Below, in pieces: positions 46,656 through 60,433 of a stretch of DNA of 64,000 nt; position 1 is the first letter of the stretch; the number at the start of each line of letters is the position of its first letter. Source of the DNA: Acidimicrobiia bacterium (lineage in GTDB: Bacteria > Actinomycetota > Acidimicrobiia > Spongiisociales > ZC4RG35); contig DASTOM010000005.1 in NCBI GenBank assembly GCA_035762545.1, forward strand, positions 5,026 to 69,025. Reading direction: 5' to 3'. Under the pieces are notes generated by a model that saw only the letters and a program-made list of their open reading frames with translations, did no database searches and had not been told where the DNA came from. The position numbers were made by a program, and so were the translations under genes.

Positions 46656-47659
46656 CCGCGCCGCCTCTTCTTCTCGGCCGGCTCGTCCTGGTCGGGTCCT
46701 TTCGCCGCGGCGATGTGGACCAGGGAATCACCCGAGTTCACCAGTGGCCGCAACGACTGGGCAATCACCCAGCCCGACTCGGTGGACCTCACCTGGGTGG
46801 GTCGCATCCCGAATGCGTCTGAAATCGACGCCACCTCTTGGCCCTTCTTGACGTGTTCGCCGAGCCGCACCTCCAACTCGGCTATCCCACCCCGTCGTGC
46901 CCTCATCCAACGGGTGCGTCGGATCAACCGCGTCGCTCTGACCTTGGGGAGTCGTGCATCGATCATCCCCATCGATCTGAGGGTGCGCATCACCCCGGTG
47001 ACGCCGACCTCGATCGCCTCCTCGTCGAAGCGGTGGGCCTGCCCGCCTTCGTACACGAGCATCGTCTTGCCTCTCTCCACCGCCGCCTGACGGAGGGATC
47101 CATCGCGCAATCTGGCGTGGATCGAGAAAGGAGCACCAAAAGCCCGGGCCAGCCTCAGCGTGGTGGGGTCGTCGAGGTTGGCCCTCACCTGAGGTGCGTT
47201 GATCCTGTGATTGCTTGCGGTGTGAAGGTCGATGCCGACCATGCACTGATCGACGACTTGCTCCATGAAGAGGTGGGCCAGACGCGATGCGGTGGAGCCA
47301 CGTGCCGAGCCGGGGAATGAACGGTTGAGGTCTCTTCGGTCAGGGAGGTACCTCGACTCGTGGATGAAGCCGAGAGGGTTGACGATGGGAACTGCGATCA
47401 CTGCGCCGCGAAGGTTCTTGGCATCGAGCTCTTTGAGCACGCGACGGATGATCTGCAAGCCGTTCAATTCGTCGCCGTGGATCGTGGCCGAGAGCCAGAG
47501 GTTGGGGCCGGCCGACCGACCGTTGATCACCTTGACCGGAAGCGACTCCGTGGCCCCGGTGACCACCCGCGCGAACGGAAGCTCGATTTGGACCTTGCGA
47601 CCGGGTTGGACGGTGACGTCCCCGACCGTGATGGGCTCGTTTACCTTCTCAGGTACCAA
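46652..47659 (-). CDS. Succinylglutamate desuccinylase / aspartoacylase (AstE/AspA) family zinc carboxypeptidase-like protein
   Basis: '[17 protein letters not shown]' is the zinc-binding HxxE of the AstE_AspA family. 335 aa. Co-directional with rimK. Confidence 0.75.
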   Translation of the reverse strand: MVPEKVNEPITVGDVTVQPGRKVQIELPFARVVTGATESLPVKVINGRSAGPNLWLSATIHGDELNGLQIIRRVLKELDAKNLRGAVIAVPIVNPLGFIHESRYLPDRRDLNRSFPGSARGSTASRLAHLFMEQVVDQCMVGIDLHTASNHRINAPQVRANLDDPTTLRLARAFGAPFSIHARLRDGSLRQAAVERGKTMLVYEGGQAHRFDEEAIEVGVTGVMRTLRSMGMIDARLPKVRATRLIRRTRWMRARRGGIAELEVRLGEHVKKGQEVASISDAFGMRPTQVRSTESGWVIAQSLRPLVNSGDSLVHIAAAKGPDQDEPAEKKRRRG

Positions 47660-48524
47660 CGTTGTCTTCGATGTACTCGATTATCAGCTCTGCGATGTCG
47701 ACACCGCTGGCAGCCTCGATGCCCTCCAGTCCGGGGGATGAGTTGACCTCGAGCACCATCGGGCCCTCGTCCGACTGAAGAAGGTCGACACCGGCGACGT
47801 TGAGGCCCATGCTCTTGGCGGCGCGTACCGCCGTCGACCGCTCCGCTGGCGAGAGCTTGATCACCTCGGCGCTGCCACCGCGGTGGAGATTGGAGCGAAA
47901 GTCTCCTGGAGCACCCTGGCGCCGCATGGCCGCCACGACCTTGCCACCGACGACGAACGCCCTGATGTCGGCGCCTCCGGCTTCCTTGATGAACTGCTGG
48001 ACCAGGATGTTGGCATCGAGTTGGCGAAAGGCTCCGATCACGGATTCTGCCGCCTTCTTGGTCTCAGCCAACACCACGCCGAGCCCCTGGGTGCCCTCGA
48101 GCAGCTTGACCACCACCGGAGTTCCGCCGACCACTTCGAGGAGCCCGTTGATGTCCTGGATGGAGTGGGCAAAGCTCGTCGTGGGAAGACCCACCCCGGA
48201 GCGGGAAAGGATCTGCAAGGAACGGAGCTTGTCACGGGAGCGACTGATCCCGTCCGAGCTGTTCAGCGTGAACACGTCGGACATCTCGAACTGGCGAACC
48301 ACCGCAGTGCCGTAGAAGGTGTAGGAAGCGCCGATGCGGGGGATCACCGCGTGGGGCCGCACCTGCTCACCACGATAGAGGACCTTCGGCTTCCGCGCCG
48401 TTATGTCCATGTAACAGCGCAGGTAGTCGACGATCGCCACCTCGTGGCCGCGATCGAGGGCAGCTTCTTTGAGCCGCGCCGTCGAGTACAGCGAGGCGCC
48501 ACGTGACAGGATCGCGACTTTCAC
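47649..48524 (-). CDS. rimK: RimK-family alpha-L-glutamate ligase (ATP-grasp)
   Basis: '[33 protein letters not shown]' plus the ATP-grasp core. 291 aa. Confidence 0.85.
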   Translation of the reverse strand: MKVAILSRGASLYSTARLKEAALDRGHEVAIVDYLRCYMDITARKPKVLYRGEQVRPHAVIPRIGASYTFYGTAVVRQFEMSDVFTLNSSDGISRSRDKLRSLQILSRSGVGLPTTSFAHSIQDINGLLEVVGGTPVVVKLLEGTQGLGVVLAETKKAAESVIGAFRQLDANILVQQFIKEAGGADIRAFVVGGKVVAAMRRQGAPGDFRSNLHRGGSAEVIKLSPAERSTAVRAAKSMGLNVAGVDLLQSDEGPMVLEVNSSPGLEGIEAASGVDIAELIIEYIEDNVGT

Positions 48525-49021
48525 TCCCCGTCCTTCATGGCGTTGTCTCTCCGGCTAGGGCGGCCCCCGACGTAGCTGCGCCCCGGGTCCACGACGAACT
48601 GGCCGCGGACCGTGCGACGGCCCAGCAGCATCCTGAATGTCATCTCGTCCCGCGTCGTCAGATTCACGAGCGCCTCGAACTCCTCACCGGCGACCACCAA
48701 CTTGGTCCGGATGAACGGCCGTCGCTCGGCACGACCACCCGGGTTCTTCACCATACGCTCTCCGGCTATCTCGGCCACGCATGCAACGCTCGGCCTTTTC
48801 TTGCGTTGATGCGGGTGGATCTCGAAACGGACCATCTGACGCCCGTCCTCCTCGTATCTCTCCAGGTTGAAGGCGTGGAGAGACGAGTTGTCGGCTCCCG
48901 TGTCGACCTTGGCCTTGACCTCTCTCACCCCGAGATCTGGGAGGGCGACCCACTCTCGCCAGCCGATGGTCTTTCTCTTGCGTCGCCGAGGCACGGACGG
49001 ACAGGATAGAAGCCGATCCAT
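48521..49021 (-). CDS. RimK-associated retropepsin-like protein (DUF785 / putative ATP-dependent zinc protease)
   Basis: '[16 protein letters not shown]' aspartic-protease-like DTG motif. Directly upstream of, and overlapping, rimK. Start taken at the internal Met (the ORF extends to 49087). Confidence 0.6.
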   Translation of the reverse strand: MDRLLSCPSVPRRRKRKTIGWREWVALPDLGVREVKAKVDTGADNSSLHAFNLERYEEDGRQMVRFEIHPHQRKKRPSVACVAEIAGERMVKNPGGRAERRPFIRTKLVVAGEEFEALVNLTTRDEMTFRMLLGRRTVRGQFVVDPGRSYVGGRPSRRDNAMKDGE

Positions 49022-49062
49022 CGCACTGCAGTGTCGCCATACACCAGCAGCAAACCTGATAC

Positions 49063-49091
49063 TTGACTTATCAGATTTACTGTGCAATAAT
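49063..49091 (+). promoter_or_regulatory. Near-consensus sigma-A-type promoter (TTGACT-N17-AATAAT) upstream of hsp20, overlapped by inverted repeat AACCTGATA-N7-TATCAGATT
   Basis: Direct inspection. RBS AAGGAGGA at 49143-49150 precedes the hsp20 ATG at 49159. Confidence 0.4.
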
Positions 49092-49158
49092 CCCGCCAGG
49101 AATCAAAGTCGAGACGGTCCGATCACGGATCGTCGAGCCAACAAGGAGGAACGAAAGG

Positions 49159-49572
49159 ATGCTCATGCGATTTGATCCGTTCTCAGACTTCGATCGTCTC
49201 TCACGTCAGGTCTGGGGCCAGAGTCGGGCCAATTTCATGCCCGCTGATGCCTATCGGAAAGGCGAGCGCTTCTATCTCCACCTCGATCTTCCCGGAGTGG
49301 ATCCCGACTCGATCGACATCACCGTCGAGAAGAACAATCTCACCGTCACCGCCGAGAGGCGTTTCGAGACCTCCGGCGACGAGCAGATGCTGCTCAACGA
49401 GCGCCCGGCCGGTTCGTACTCCCGGCAATTCTTCCTCGGTGAGAGTCTCGACACCGACGCCATCGAAGCCGGTTACGACCACGGTGTGCTCACCGTGACC
49501 ATCCCCATCGCTGAGACAGCCAAGGCGCGCAAGATCTCGGTCAACACCGTTACCGATGCGCTTCCGGCCTAG
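49159..49572 (+). CDS. Hsp20 / alpha-crystallin family small heat-shock protein
   Basis: 'FDPFSDFDRL' ... 'VDITVEKNNLTVTAER' ... 'GVLTVTIP' ACD core. 137 aa. Confidence 0.85.
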   Translation: MLMRFDPFSDFDRLSRQVWGQSRANFMPADAYRKGERFYLHLDLPGVDPDSIDITVEKNNLTVTAERRFETSGDEQMLLNERPAGSYSRQFFLGESLDTDAIEAGYDHGVLTVTIPIAETAKARKISVNTVTDALPA

Positions 49573-49654
49573 GTCGGATCCAGCCACCAACCGAGAGTCC
49601 CGGATGCCCACCGGGACTCTCATCGCGTCTACCCGAGGCAGGTAGGGTCCCGGC

Positions 49655-49987
49655 ATGGCCCACGAGTTGATCGCATACAAGAAGGCCCTTGAATCGATCC
49701 CGAGCGATGAGCGCTATGCCGAGGTCTTCACCAGGGGTACTTCTTCCGCAGGCATCTACGCGCCACACGAGAGCGACGAGCAGGGGGCGCACGATGAGGA
49801 CGAGTACTACGTGGTCCTCAACGGATCGGGTTTCTTCGTCTCCGAAGGGGATAGGGTCCCGTTCGGCCCAGGCGACCTGATCTTCGTGAGCGCGGGGACG
49901 GAGCACCATTTCGAGGGGTTCACCCCCGACCTCGCGGTGTGGGCCATCTTCTGCCCCCCAACGGGAAACGGCGGCGACGGCTCCTAG
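49655..49987 (+). CDS. Cupin-domain protein
   Basis: 'YYVVLNGSGFFVSEGDRVPFGPGDLIFVSAGTEHHF' carries both cupin motifs. 110 aa. Confidence 0.7.
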   Translation: MAHELIAYKKALESIPSDERYAEVFTRGTSSAGIYAPHESDEQGAHDEDEYYVVLNGSGFFVSEGDRVPFGPGDLIFVSAGTEHHFEGFTPDLAVWAIFCPPTGNGGDGS

Positions 49988-49998
49988 AGTCCGACCCG

Positions 49999-50142
49999 AT
50001 GGACGGTAGGCGACCCAAGATGCCGGCCTGGTTGGTCGGGCTGATCCTGGCCGCGGCCATCTTCGCTTTGGTGTTCATCGTCCTGGCGACGTTGGGCTAC
50101 GGCGACGACCCTGTGGTCGATAGTCTCGCTGCGATGCGATAG
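49999..50142 (+). CDS. Possible small single-TM membrane protein
   Basis: 'MDGRRPKMPAWLVGLILAAAIFALVFIVLATLGYGDD'. Short, so speculative. Confidence 0.25.
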   Translation: MDGRRPKMPAWLVGLILAAAIFALVFIVLATLGYGDDPVVDSLAAMR

Positions 50143-51030
50143 ATGGTCGGGGCGAACATGCCCGCCGCCGAGATCGAGGTCACGCTCGATCTCGTCGAGC
50201 GTCTACTCGCGGATCAACGCCCCGCTCTGGCCGGGCTACCGCTCGAGGTGATGGGCAACGGTTGGGACAACTACTCGGTCCTGATCGGGGACAGTCTCGT
50301 TGGTCGGTTCCCCCGGAGAAGGGCTTCGGCCGAGTTGATCCAGAACGAGGCACGATGGCTCCCGATCCTCGGGCCGAGCCTGCCGCTGCCTGTTCCGGTT
50401 CCGCTCTTCGTCGGCGAGCCGGCGCCGGGCTATCCCTGGCCGTGGTCGATAGCCAAGCTGTTACCCGGGTCACCGGCCAATGAGGTCGAAGATCTGGACT
50501 ACGGGATCTGTGCAGATCAGATCGGTCGTTTCTTGGGGGCGCTCCACGTGACCGCACCTCGAGATGCGCCCACCAACGCCTACCGGGGAGTGCCTCTCCT
50601 GCAGCGGGACACCACATTTCGAGAGCGTCTCAGCGAGCTGGACCCGATCCTCGATGTCGGGCTCGCCGTCACCATCTGGGAATCGGCTCTGGAGGCGAGA
50701 CCCTTTGCCGACGATCCGGTTTGGATTCACGGAGACCTGCAGCCACACAACTTGCTGGCCCTCGGTCGGCGTCTGTCGGCGGTGGTCGACTTCGGCGATG
50801 TCACCTCAGGAGATCCGGCGACAGACCTGGCCGTCGTGTGGAGCCTTCTCGTCAACGATGCCCGTGCCCATTTCTGGTCCGCGTACGGCACACACGACGA
50901 AGCCCTCCTCCAACGTGCCCGGGGGTGGGCACTCAACCTGGGGACGGCGATGCTGGCGAACTCTGCAGACAATCCGGCGCTGTTCGCCGTGGGGCGGCGC
51001 ACCGTGGACGCGGTGCTGGCGGGGGATTAA
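50143..51030 (+). CDS. Aminoglycoside/choline-kinase-like phosphotransferase (APH family)
   Basis: 'IHGDLQPHNLL' catalytic loop and 'DFGDVTSGDPATDLAV'. 295 aa. Confidence 0.75.
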   Translation: MVGANMPAAEIEVTLDLVERLLADQRPALAGLPLEVMGNGWDNYSVLIGDSLVGRFPRRRASAELIQNEARWLPILGPSLPLPVPVPLFVGEPAPGYPWPWSIAKLLPGSPANEVEDLDYGICADQIGRFLGALHVTAPRDAPTNAYRGVPLLQRDTTFRERLSELDPILDVGLAVTIWESALEARPFADDPVWIHGDLQPHNLLALGRRLSAVVDFGDVTSGDPATDLAVVWSLLVNDARAHFWSAYGTHDEALLQRARGWALNLGTAMLANSADNPALFAVGRRTVDAVLAGD

Positions 51031-52730
51031 GCCTGGGGGATCGGCCTTCCGGCGCAATCGAGCCCGTCGCCCGGCCTGTAGTTGGCGATGATGGTGTCCA
51101 CCTCGACCCTCCCATCGGAGAAGGTCCGCTGCCGATCGATCTCGCTGTGACGACATTGGTTGCGCCGGGTGATCCGTTGCTCCAACTCCTCCACCATGAC
51201 ATTTTTCGTCGAATACATCGTGACCGTGATCGAGGTGTCGTCGTAGGTCGGCCAGATCAGCACGGGAAACTCGGTCGAGTTCGTCAGCACCAGGTCGGGT
51301 CCGGGGATCGAGAGAGTCGCCTCGCGCCCGAACGGGTAGCGGGAGAAGTAGATCGAATGGCTCTGGTACCGGTCGAGGTCGAGCCCTGCATAGAAGGCGG
51401 CGTTGAAGATGGTCGTGACGAACTGGGAGACACCGCCGCCCACCTCGTCGGTCATGTAGCCGGACCGGATGGCGCCGGCGGCGACGTAGCCCTTCTCTCG
51501 GGTGCGCGGCCCGACGTATTCGTTCATCGAAAGCGTCTCTCCGGGCAGGAGATAGAAGCCGCGCATGAAGTCGGCCATCGTCTGGATGTTGGTTACCCGG
51601 CTCTCACAGCACGGGTGGTTGGTGGTGAACTCGGCCACGACTTCGGTCACTGCCGAGCCGTCGGCCCACGAGACGGCTGTCGGATCGTCGTCGGCTCTCG
51701 TCTCGAAGAAGAAGAAGCTCGACCCTCCCTCGAGGTATTGCTCGGCGGCTCTCTCGACGGACTCCCTCGAGCAACAGATGGGCGGAGGCTCACCTTCTTG
51801 TCGCACCACCACTTTGCCGTCGACCACCTCGAGTCGAGGCTTCTCGAAGTCGCCGATCGGCTCGGGGAACGCAGCCTCGATCTCCTGTTGAAGACCATCG
51901 AGATCGAATGCGATCGACATCTCGCCGTCCTCCACGGTGGACACGAGATTTCGGCGTACCTGGCCCGCGGTGAGCTTGGCGGTGTGGTCGGCTATGACCG
52001 CTAGCAGGCCGTTGCGGGTGAGCTCGTTGACATTCAGCGCGACTCTCTCTGCCTCACCGTTGGGAAGCAAAGGCTCGATCCTCCTCTGCTCAGCCGAGAT
52101 CGACACCGGTCCCGCGGTTACGTCGGCGGTCTCCAGTGCTGCGATCACCTGGTCGATGTCCACTCCTGTCCCGTCCGTTCCCGGGACGATGTACATGTAC
52201 GACGAGTCGTCGTTGGTCAGAACCGGCTCTATCGGGTGAGAGAGGATGAAGTCGTCCGTGGAAAGTCGCTCCCGCGCCTTCTCGGTATCGAACGTGTAGT
52301 GATCAGAGATCTCGACGGTCTGGAACGGGGTCGATATCCAGGACACGAACTCCGGCCAGGGCTCGTCGGCGTGCCGGGCTGACATCGCGGCCGAGACCGT
52401 GTCCGTGAAGAGGTAGTCGTATCCGATCTCTCCCGCGGTGAGTGTCATTTGTCGCGGACCGAGGTCGATCACGACCGGTGTCGCCAAGAACTCGGCTTCC
52501 CGGTTCTGGATCTCCGTCGCGGCGTCGGACGGTGCGAGGCCGGATAGGTCGACACCCGCGAACCGAACATTCGGCGCGATCTCGTCGCCCTCGCTGGCGA
52601 CGTGGGTCGTCCATGCGACGGCGGCTATGGCGACCGGAATGAGTAGTGAAGGGAGTACCCAGAGCCAGCCGTTGGGGTGCTCACGGTGTCTGGCCATGCC
52701 AGGTGGCATGCTACGGGCAACCGATTCCAA
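51027..52730 (-). CDS. VanW-family protein (N-terminal TM anchor, PG-binding-like region, C-terminal VanW domain)
   Basis: The C-terminal 'YPFGREATLSIPGPDLVLTNSTEFPVLIWPTYDDTSITVTMYSTKN' block is VanW-like. 567 aa. Confidence 0.7.
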   Translation of the reverse strand: MESVARSMPPGMARHREHPNGWLWVLPSLLIPVAIAAVAWTTHVASEGDEIAPNVRFAGVDLSGLAPSDAATEIQNREAEFLATPVVIDLGPRQMTLTAGEIGYDYLFTDTVSAAMSARHADEPWPEFVSWISTPFQTVEISDHYTFDTEKARERLSTDDFILSHPIEPVLTNDDSSYMYIVPGTDGTGVDIDQVIAALETADVTAGPVSISAEQRRIEPLLPNGEAERVALNVNELTRNGLLAVIADHTAKLTAGQVRRNLVSTVEDGEMSIAFDLDGLQQEIEAAFPEPIGDFEKPRLEVVDGKVVVRQEGEPPPICCSRESVERAAEQYLEGGSSFFFFETRADDDPTAVSWADGSAVTEVVAEFTTNHPCCESRVTNIQTMADFMRGFYLLPGETLSMNEYVGPRTREKGYVAAGAIRSGYMTDEVGGGVSQFVTTIFNAAFYAGLDLDRYQSHSIYFSRYPFGREATLSIPGPDLVLTNSTEFPVLIWPTYDDTSITVTMYSTKNVMVEELEQRITRRNQCRHSEIDRQRTFSDGRVEVDTIIANYRPGDGLDCAGRPIPQA

Positions 52731-52972
52731 TCGGGTTCATTGGCCCCGACGGTCGGCGAACCGTGTGCCGCGAGTCACTCAAACCTTGACGCGTTTCGCG
52801 GATGTGCGATAGAGTGAGCGCTGAGTCATAGGGACTCCGGATCACCGCCGATGGGACACCCTCGGAGGTGGTCTGACAACCTAGTTTCCGAATTGGGACG
52901 TGCTGACGCGTGTGTTAGCATGTCCTTTCTTGCGTTACCCCCTTTATACCCACCACCTCAAGGAGGCACCCC

Positions 52973-55900
52973 TTGGCTTCGCGCGTGGCTGAGCGGTTTT
53001 CGTTCGGGAAGATCCCCGAAGTTCTGCCGCTACCAAACCTGTTGGCTGTCCAGCATGAGTCCTTTCAATGGTTCCTGGACGAAGGTCTTCGTGAGATCTT
53101 CGACGAGATAAGCCCGATCGAGGACTTCACCGGATCCCTTGCCCTCGAGCTCACCGACCATCGCTTCGGTGAGCCACAGATGTCTCTCGAAGAGGCCCAG
53201 GAGCGGGATGCGAATTACGCCCAGCCTCTGTTCGTCACCGCACGGTTCATGAACCGGGGCACCGGCGAGATCAAGGAGCAGCAGGTCTTCCTCGGCGACT
53301 TCCCGATCATGACCGACAAGGGCGTCTTCGTCATCAACGGCACCGAGCGCGTCATCGTCTCCCAACTCGTCCGGTCCCCCGGCATCTACTACGACGTCGC
53401 CAAGGACAAGACCTCTGACAAGATGATCTACTCCGGGAAGATCATTCCCGGTCGTGGCGCCTGGCTCGAGTTCGACACCGACAAGAAGGACACCATCGGT
53501 GTCCGCGTCGACCGGAAACGTCGTCAGTACGTCACCGCCTTCCTCAAGGCTCTCGGCATCGCCGAGACCGACGAGGAGATCCTCGAGTTGTTCGGCCACG
53601 CCGAGTCGATCAAGAACACGATCGAGCGCGACACGAACGCCGACAAGGAAGAAGCGCTTCTCGACCTGTACCGCAAGCTCCGACCTGGCGAGCCCACGAC
53701 CGTCGAGTCGGCACGTGGCCTCATCCAGACCCTTTTCCGCAATCCGAAGCGGTACGACCTGACGCGGGTCGGGCGTTACAAGATCGCCCAGAAGTTCGGC
53801 GAGGACGCCCCCAAGGACTATCGGGCCGAAGGGCTCCAGATGTTGCGCGACGAGGACATCGTCGATGCCATCCGCTACCTGGTCGCCCTGCACGCCGGTA
53901 ACGCCACAATGGAGACCCACGTCGGCAACGAGGTCGGGATCTCCACCGACGACATCGACCACTTCGGCAACCGGCGCATCCGCACCGTGGGCGAGCTGGT
54001 GCAAAACCAGGTTCGAGTCGGATTGACCCGTCTCGAGCGTGTGGTTCGCGAGCGCATGACCACACAGGACCCCGATGCGATCACGCCACAGAGCCTGATC
54101 AACATCCGTCCGGTCACCGCCGCGATCAAGGAGTTCTTCGGCACCAGCCAGCTGAGCCAGTTCATGGACCAGCCCAACCCGCTGGCGGGGCTGACTCACC
54201 GTCGTCGTCTCAACGCACTCGGCCCCGGTGGTCTGAGCCGCGAGCGCGCCGGGTTCGAAGTCCGTGACGTCCACCCGTCTCACTACGGCCGGATGTGCCC
54301 CATCGAGACGCCGGAAGGCCCGAACATCGGTCTGATCGGCTCGCTTGCTTGCTACGCCCGGGTCAACGACTTCGGGTTCATCGAGACTCCATACCGCAAG
54401 GTCGAGAATGGCGTCGTCAGCAGCACCAAGGTGGATTACCTCACCGCCACCGAAGAGGAGCGCCACGTCATCGCCCAGGCCAACGCACCACTCAAGGAGG
54501 ACGGTGCGTTCGTCAACAAGCGTGTGCTGGTTCGACGTGCTGGTGGCGAAGTCGAGTACGTCGATGCGAAGAGCGTCGACTACATGGACGTCTCACCGAA
54601 GCAGATCGTCTCTGTCTCGACATCGCTCATCCCGTTCCTGGAGCACGACGATGCCAACCGCGCTCTGATGGGCTCGAACATGCAGCGTCAGGCCGTGCCG
54701 CTACTCACCGCCGAGTCGCCGCTGGTCGGTACCGGCGTCGAGGCCCGCGCCGCACAGGACTCCGGCGACATGATCGTCTCCCCGATCGCAGGCGAGGTGA
54801 CCGAGGTCACCGGTGATGAGATCGTCGTCAAGGAGAGCGGGACCAACAAGAAGCACACCTTCGTGCTCGACAAGTTCAAGCGCTCCAATCAGGGCACCTG
54901 CATGAACCAGAAGGCCGTCGTCACCGAAGGCGACAAGGTCAAGGTCGGCGACGTGCTCGCCGACGGCCCCTCCACCGAGTTGGGTGAGCTCGCCCTCGGA
55001 CGCAACCTGCTGGTGGCTTTCATGCCCTGGCAGGGTCACAACTACGAGGACGCAATCATCATCTCGGAGCGACTCGTCAAAGACGACGTCCTCACGTCGA
55101 TTCACATCGAGGAGCACGAGATCGACGCCCGTGACACCAAGCTCGGTGCCGAGGAAATCACCCGGGACATCCCCAACGTTCCCGAGGAAGTCCTCGCCAA
55201 CCTCGACGATGAAGGGATCATCCGGGTCGGGGCCGAGGTGGGGCCGGGCGACTACTTGGTTGGCAAGGTCACCCCGAAGGGCGAGACCGAGCTGACCCCG
55301 GAGGAGCGTCTTCTCCGTGCCATCTTCGGTGAGAAGGCTCGTGAGGTCCGTGACACTTCCCTCAAGGTGCCGCACGGTGAGACCGGCAAGGTCATCGCCG
55401 TCAAGGTCTTCAAGCGGGAGGACGGTTTCGACCTCAGCCCCGGAGTCAACGAGCTGGTCCGCATCTACGTCGCCACCCAACGCAAGATCTCGGAGGGCGA
55501 CAAGCTGGCCGGACGTCACGGCAACAAGGGAGTCATCTCCAAGGTGCTGCCCGAAGAGGAGATGCCCTTCCTCGCCGACGGCACGCCGGTGGACATCATC
55601 TTGTCCCCGCTCGGCGTCCCGTCACGAATGAACCTCGGCCAGGTGCTAGAGACGCATCTCGGATGGGCCGCCGCCCAGGGCTGGGAGCCGTTCAACGGCG
55701 ACTCCCCGGCTGCGGTGGGCACCAAGCCCTGGACCAAGACGGCAACACCGGTGTTCGACGGTGCACGCGAGGACGAGATCATGCAGGTGATCGCCACGGC
55801 GCACCCCAACCGGGACGGTGACCGACTGGTCGGTGAAGACGGAAAAGCCACTCTCTATGACGGCCGGACCGGTGAGCCCTTCGACACCGATGTCACGGTG

Positions 55901-56347
55901 GGTTTCATCTACATGCTGAAGCTGGTCCACCTCGTCGATGAGAAGATCCACGCCAGGTCGACCGGCCCGTACTCCATGATCACCCAGCAGCCGCTCGGCG
56001 GTAAGGCCCAGTTCGGCGGCCAGCGTTTCGGTGAGATGGAGGTCTGGGCTCTCGAAGCCTACGGCGCGGCGTACGCGCTACAGGAGCTGTTGACCATCAA
56101 GTCCGACGACGTCCAGGGCCGGGTCAAGGTCTACGAGGCCATCGTCAAGGGCGACAACATCCCCGAGCCGGGCATTCCCGAGTCATTCCGGGTGCTGGTC
56201 AAGGAGATGCAGAGCCTCGGCCTCAACGTCGAGATGCTGTCCGCCGGTGAGGAAGTCGAGCTCCGTGAGCTCGAGGAGGACACCTACCGGTCGGTCGAGA
56301 CCCTCGGCATCGACCTCAGCCGTCCCGAGCGCCCTGACTCGGAATAG
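52973..56347 (+). CDS. rpoB: DNA-directed RNA polymerase subunit beta
   Basis: Unmistakable RpoB sequence. TTG start preceded by AAGGAGG. 1124 aa. Confidence 0.95.
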   Translation: MASRVAERFSFGKIPEVLPLPNLLAVQHESFQWFLDEGLREIFDEISPIEDFTGSLALELTDHRFGEPQMSLEEAQERDANYAQPLFVTARFMNRGTGEIKEQQVFLGDFPIMTDKGVFVINGTERVIVSQLVRSPGIYYDVAKDKTSDKMIYSGKIIPGRGAWLEFDTDKKDTIGVRVDRKRRQYVTAFLKALGIAETDEEILELFGHAESIKNTIERDTNADKEEALLDLYRKLRPGEPTTVESARGLIQTLFRNPKRYDLTRVGRYKIAQKFGEDAPKDYRAEGLQMLRDEDIVDAIRYLVALHAGNATMETHVGNEVGISTDDIDHFGNRRIRTVGELVQNQVRVGLTRLERVVRERMTTQDPDAITPQSLINIRPVTAAIKEFFGTSQLSQFMDQPNPLAGLTHRRRLNALGPGGLSRERAGFEVRDVHPSHYGRMCPIETPEGPNIGLIGSLACYARVNDFGFIETPYRKVENGVVSSTKVDYLTATEEERHVIAQANAPLKEDGAFVNKRVLVRRAGGEVEYVDAKSVDYMDVSPKQIVSVSTSLIPFLEHDDANRALMGSNMQRQAVPLLTAESPLVGTGVEARAAQDSGDMIVSPIAGEVTEVTGDEIVVKESGTNKKHTFVLDKFKRSNQGTCMNQKAVVTEGDKVKVGDVLADGPSTELGELALGRNLLVAFMPWQGHNYEDAIIISERLVKDDVLTSIHIEEHEIDARDTKLGAEEITRDIPNVPEEVLANLDDEGIIRVGAEVGPGDYLVGKVTPKGETELTPEERLLRAIFGEKAREVRDTSLKVPHGETGKVIAVKVFKREDGFDLSPGVNELVRIYVATQRKISEGDKLAGRHGNKGVISKVLPEEEMPFLADGTPVDIILSPLGVPSRMNLGQVLETHLGWAAAQGWEPFNGDSPAAVGTKPWTKTATPVFDGAREDEIMQVIATAHPNRDGDRLVGEDGKATLYDGRTGEPFDTDVTVGFIYMLKLVHLVDEKIHARSTGPYSMITQQPLGGKAQFGGQRFGEMEVWALEAYGAAYALQELLTIKSDDVQGRVKVYEAIVKGDNIPEPGIPESFRVLVKEMQSLGLNVEMLSAGEEVELRELEEDTYRSVETLGIDLSRPERPDSE

Positions 56348-56393
56348 TCAGTTGTTTAACAAATTGCACGTCCCACGAACGAGGTACTGAAAC

Positions 56394-60329
<3,936 letters not shown>

Positions 60330-60354
60330 AGGCCGAACCCCGTTCGAGTCAGTG

Positions 60355-60390
60355 AGAGGGCCGCCTTCGGGCGGTCCTCTTCTTCGTTGT
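60355..60390 (+). terminator. Rho-independent terminator after rpoC
   Basis: AGAGGGCCGCC-TTCG-GGCGGTCCTCT hairpin (with one G.U pair) followed by TCTTCGTTGT. Confidence 0.55.
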
Positions 60391-60433
60391 CGACAACTAG
60401 GCTCGTGCGTTCTCACTCCCGAAAGGCCACCCA

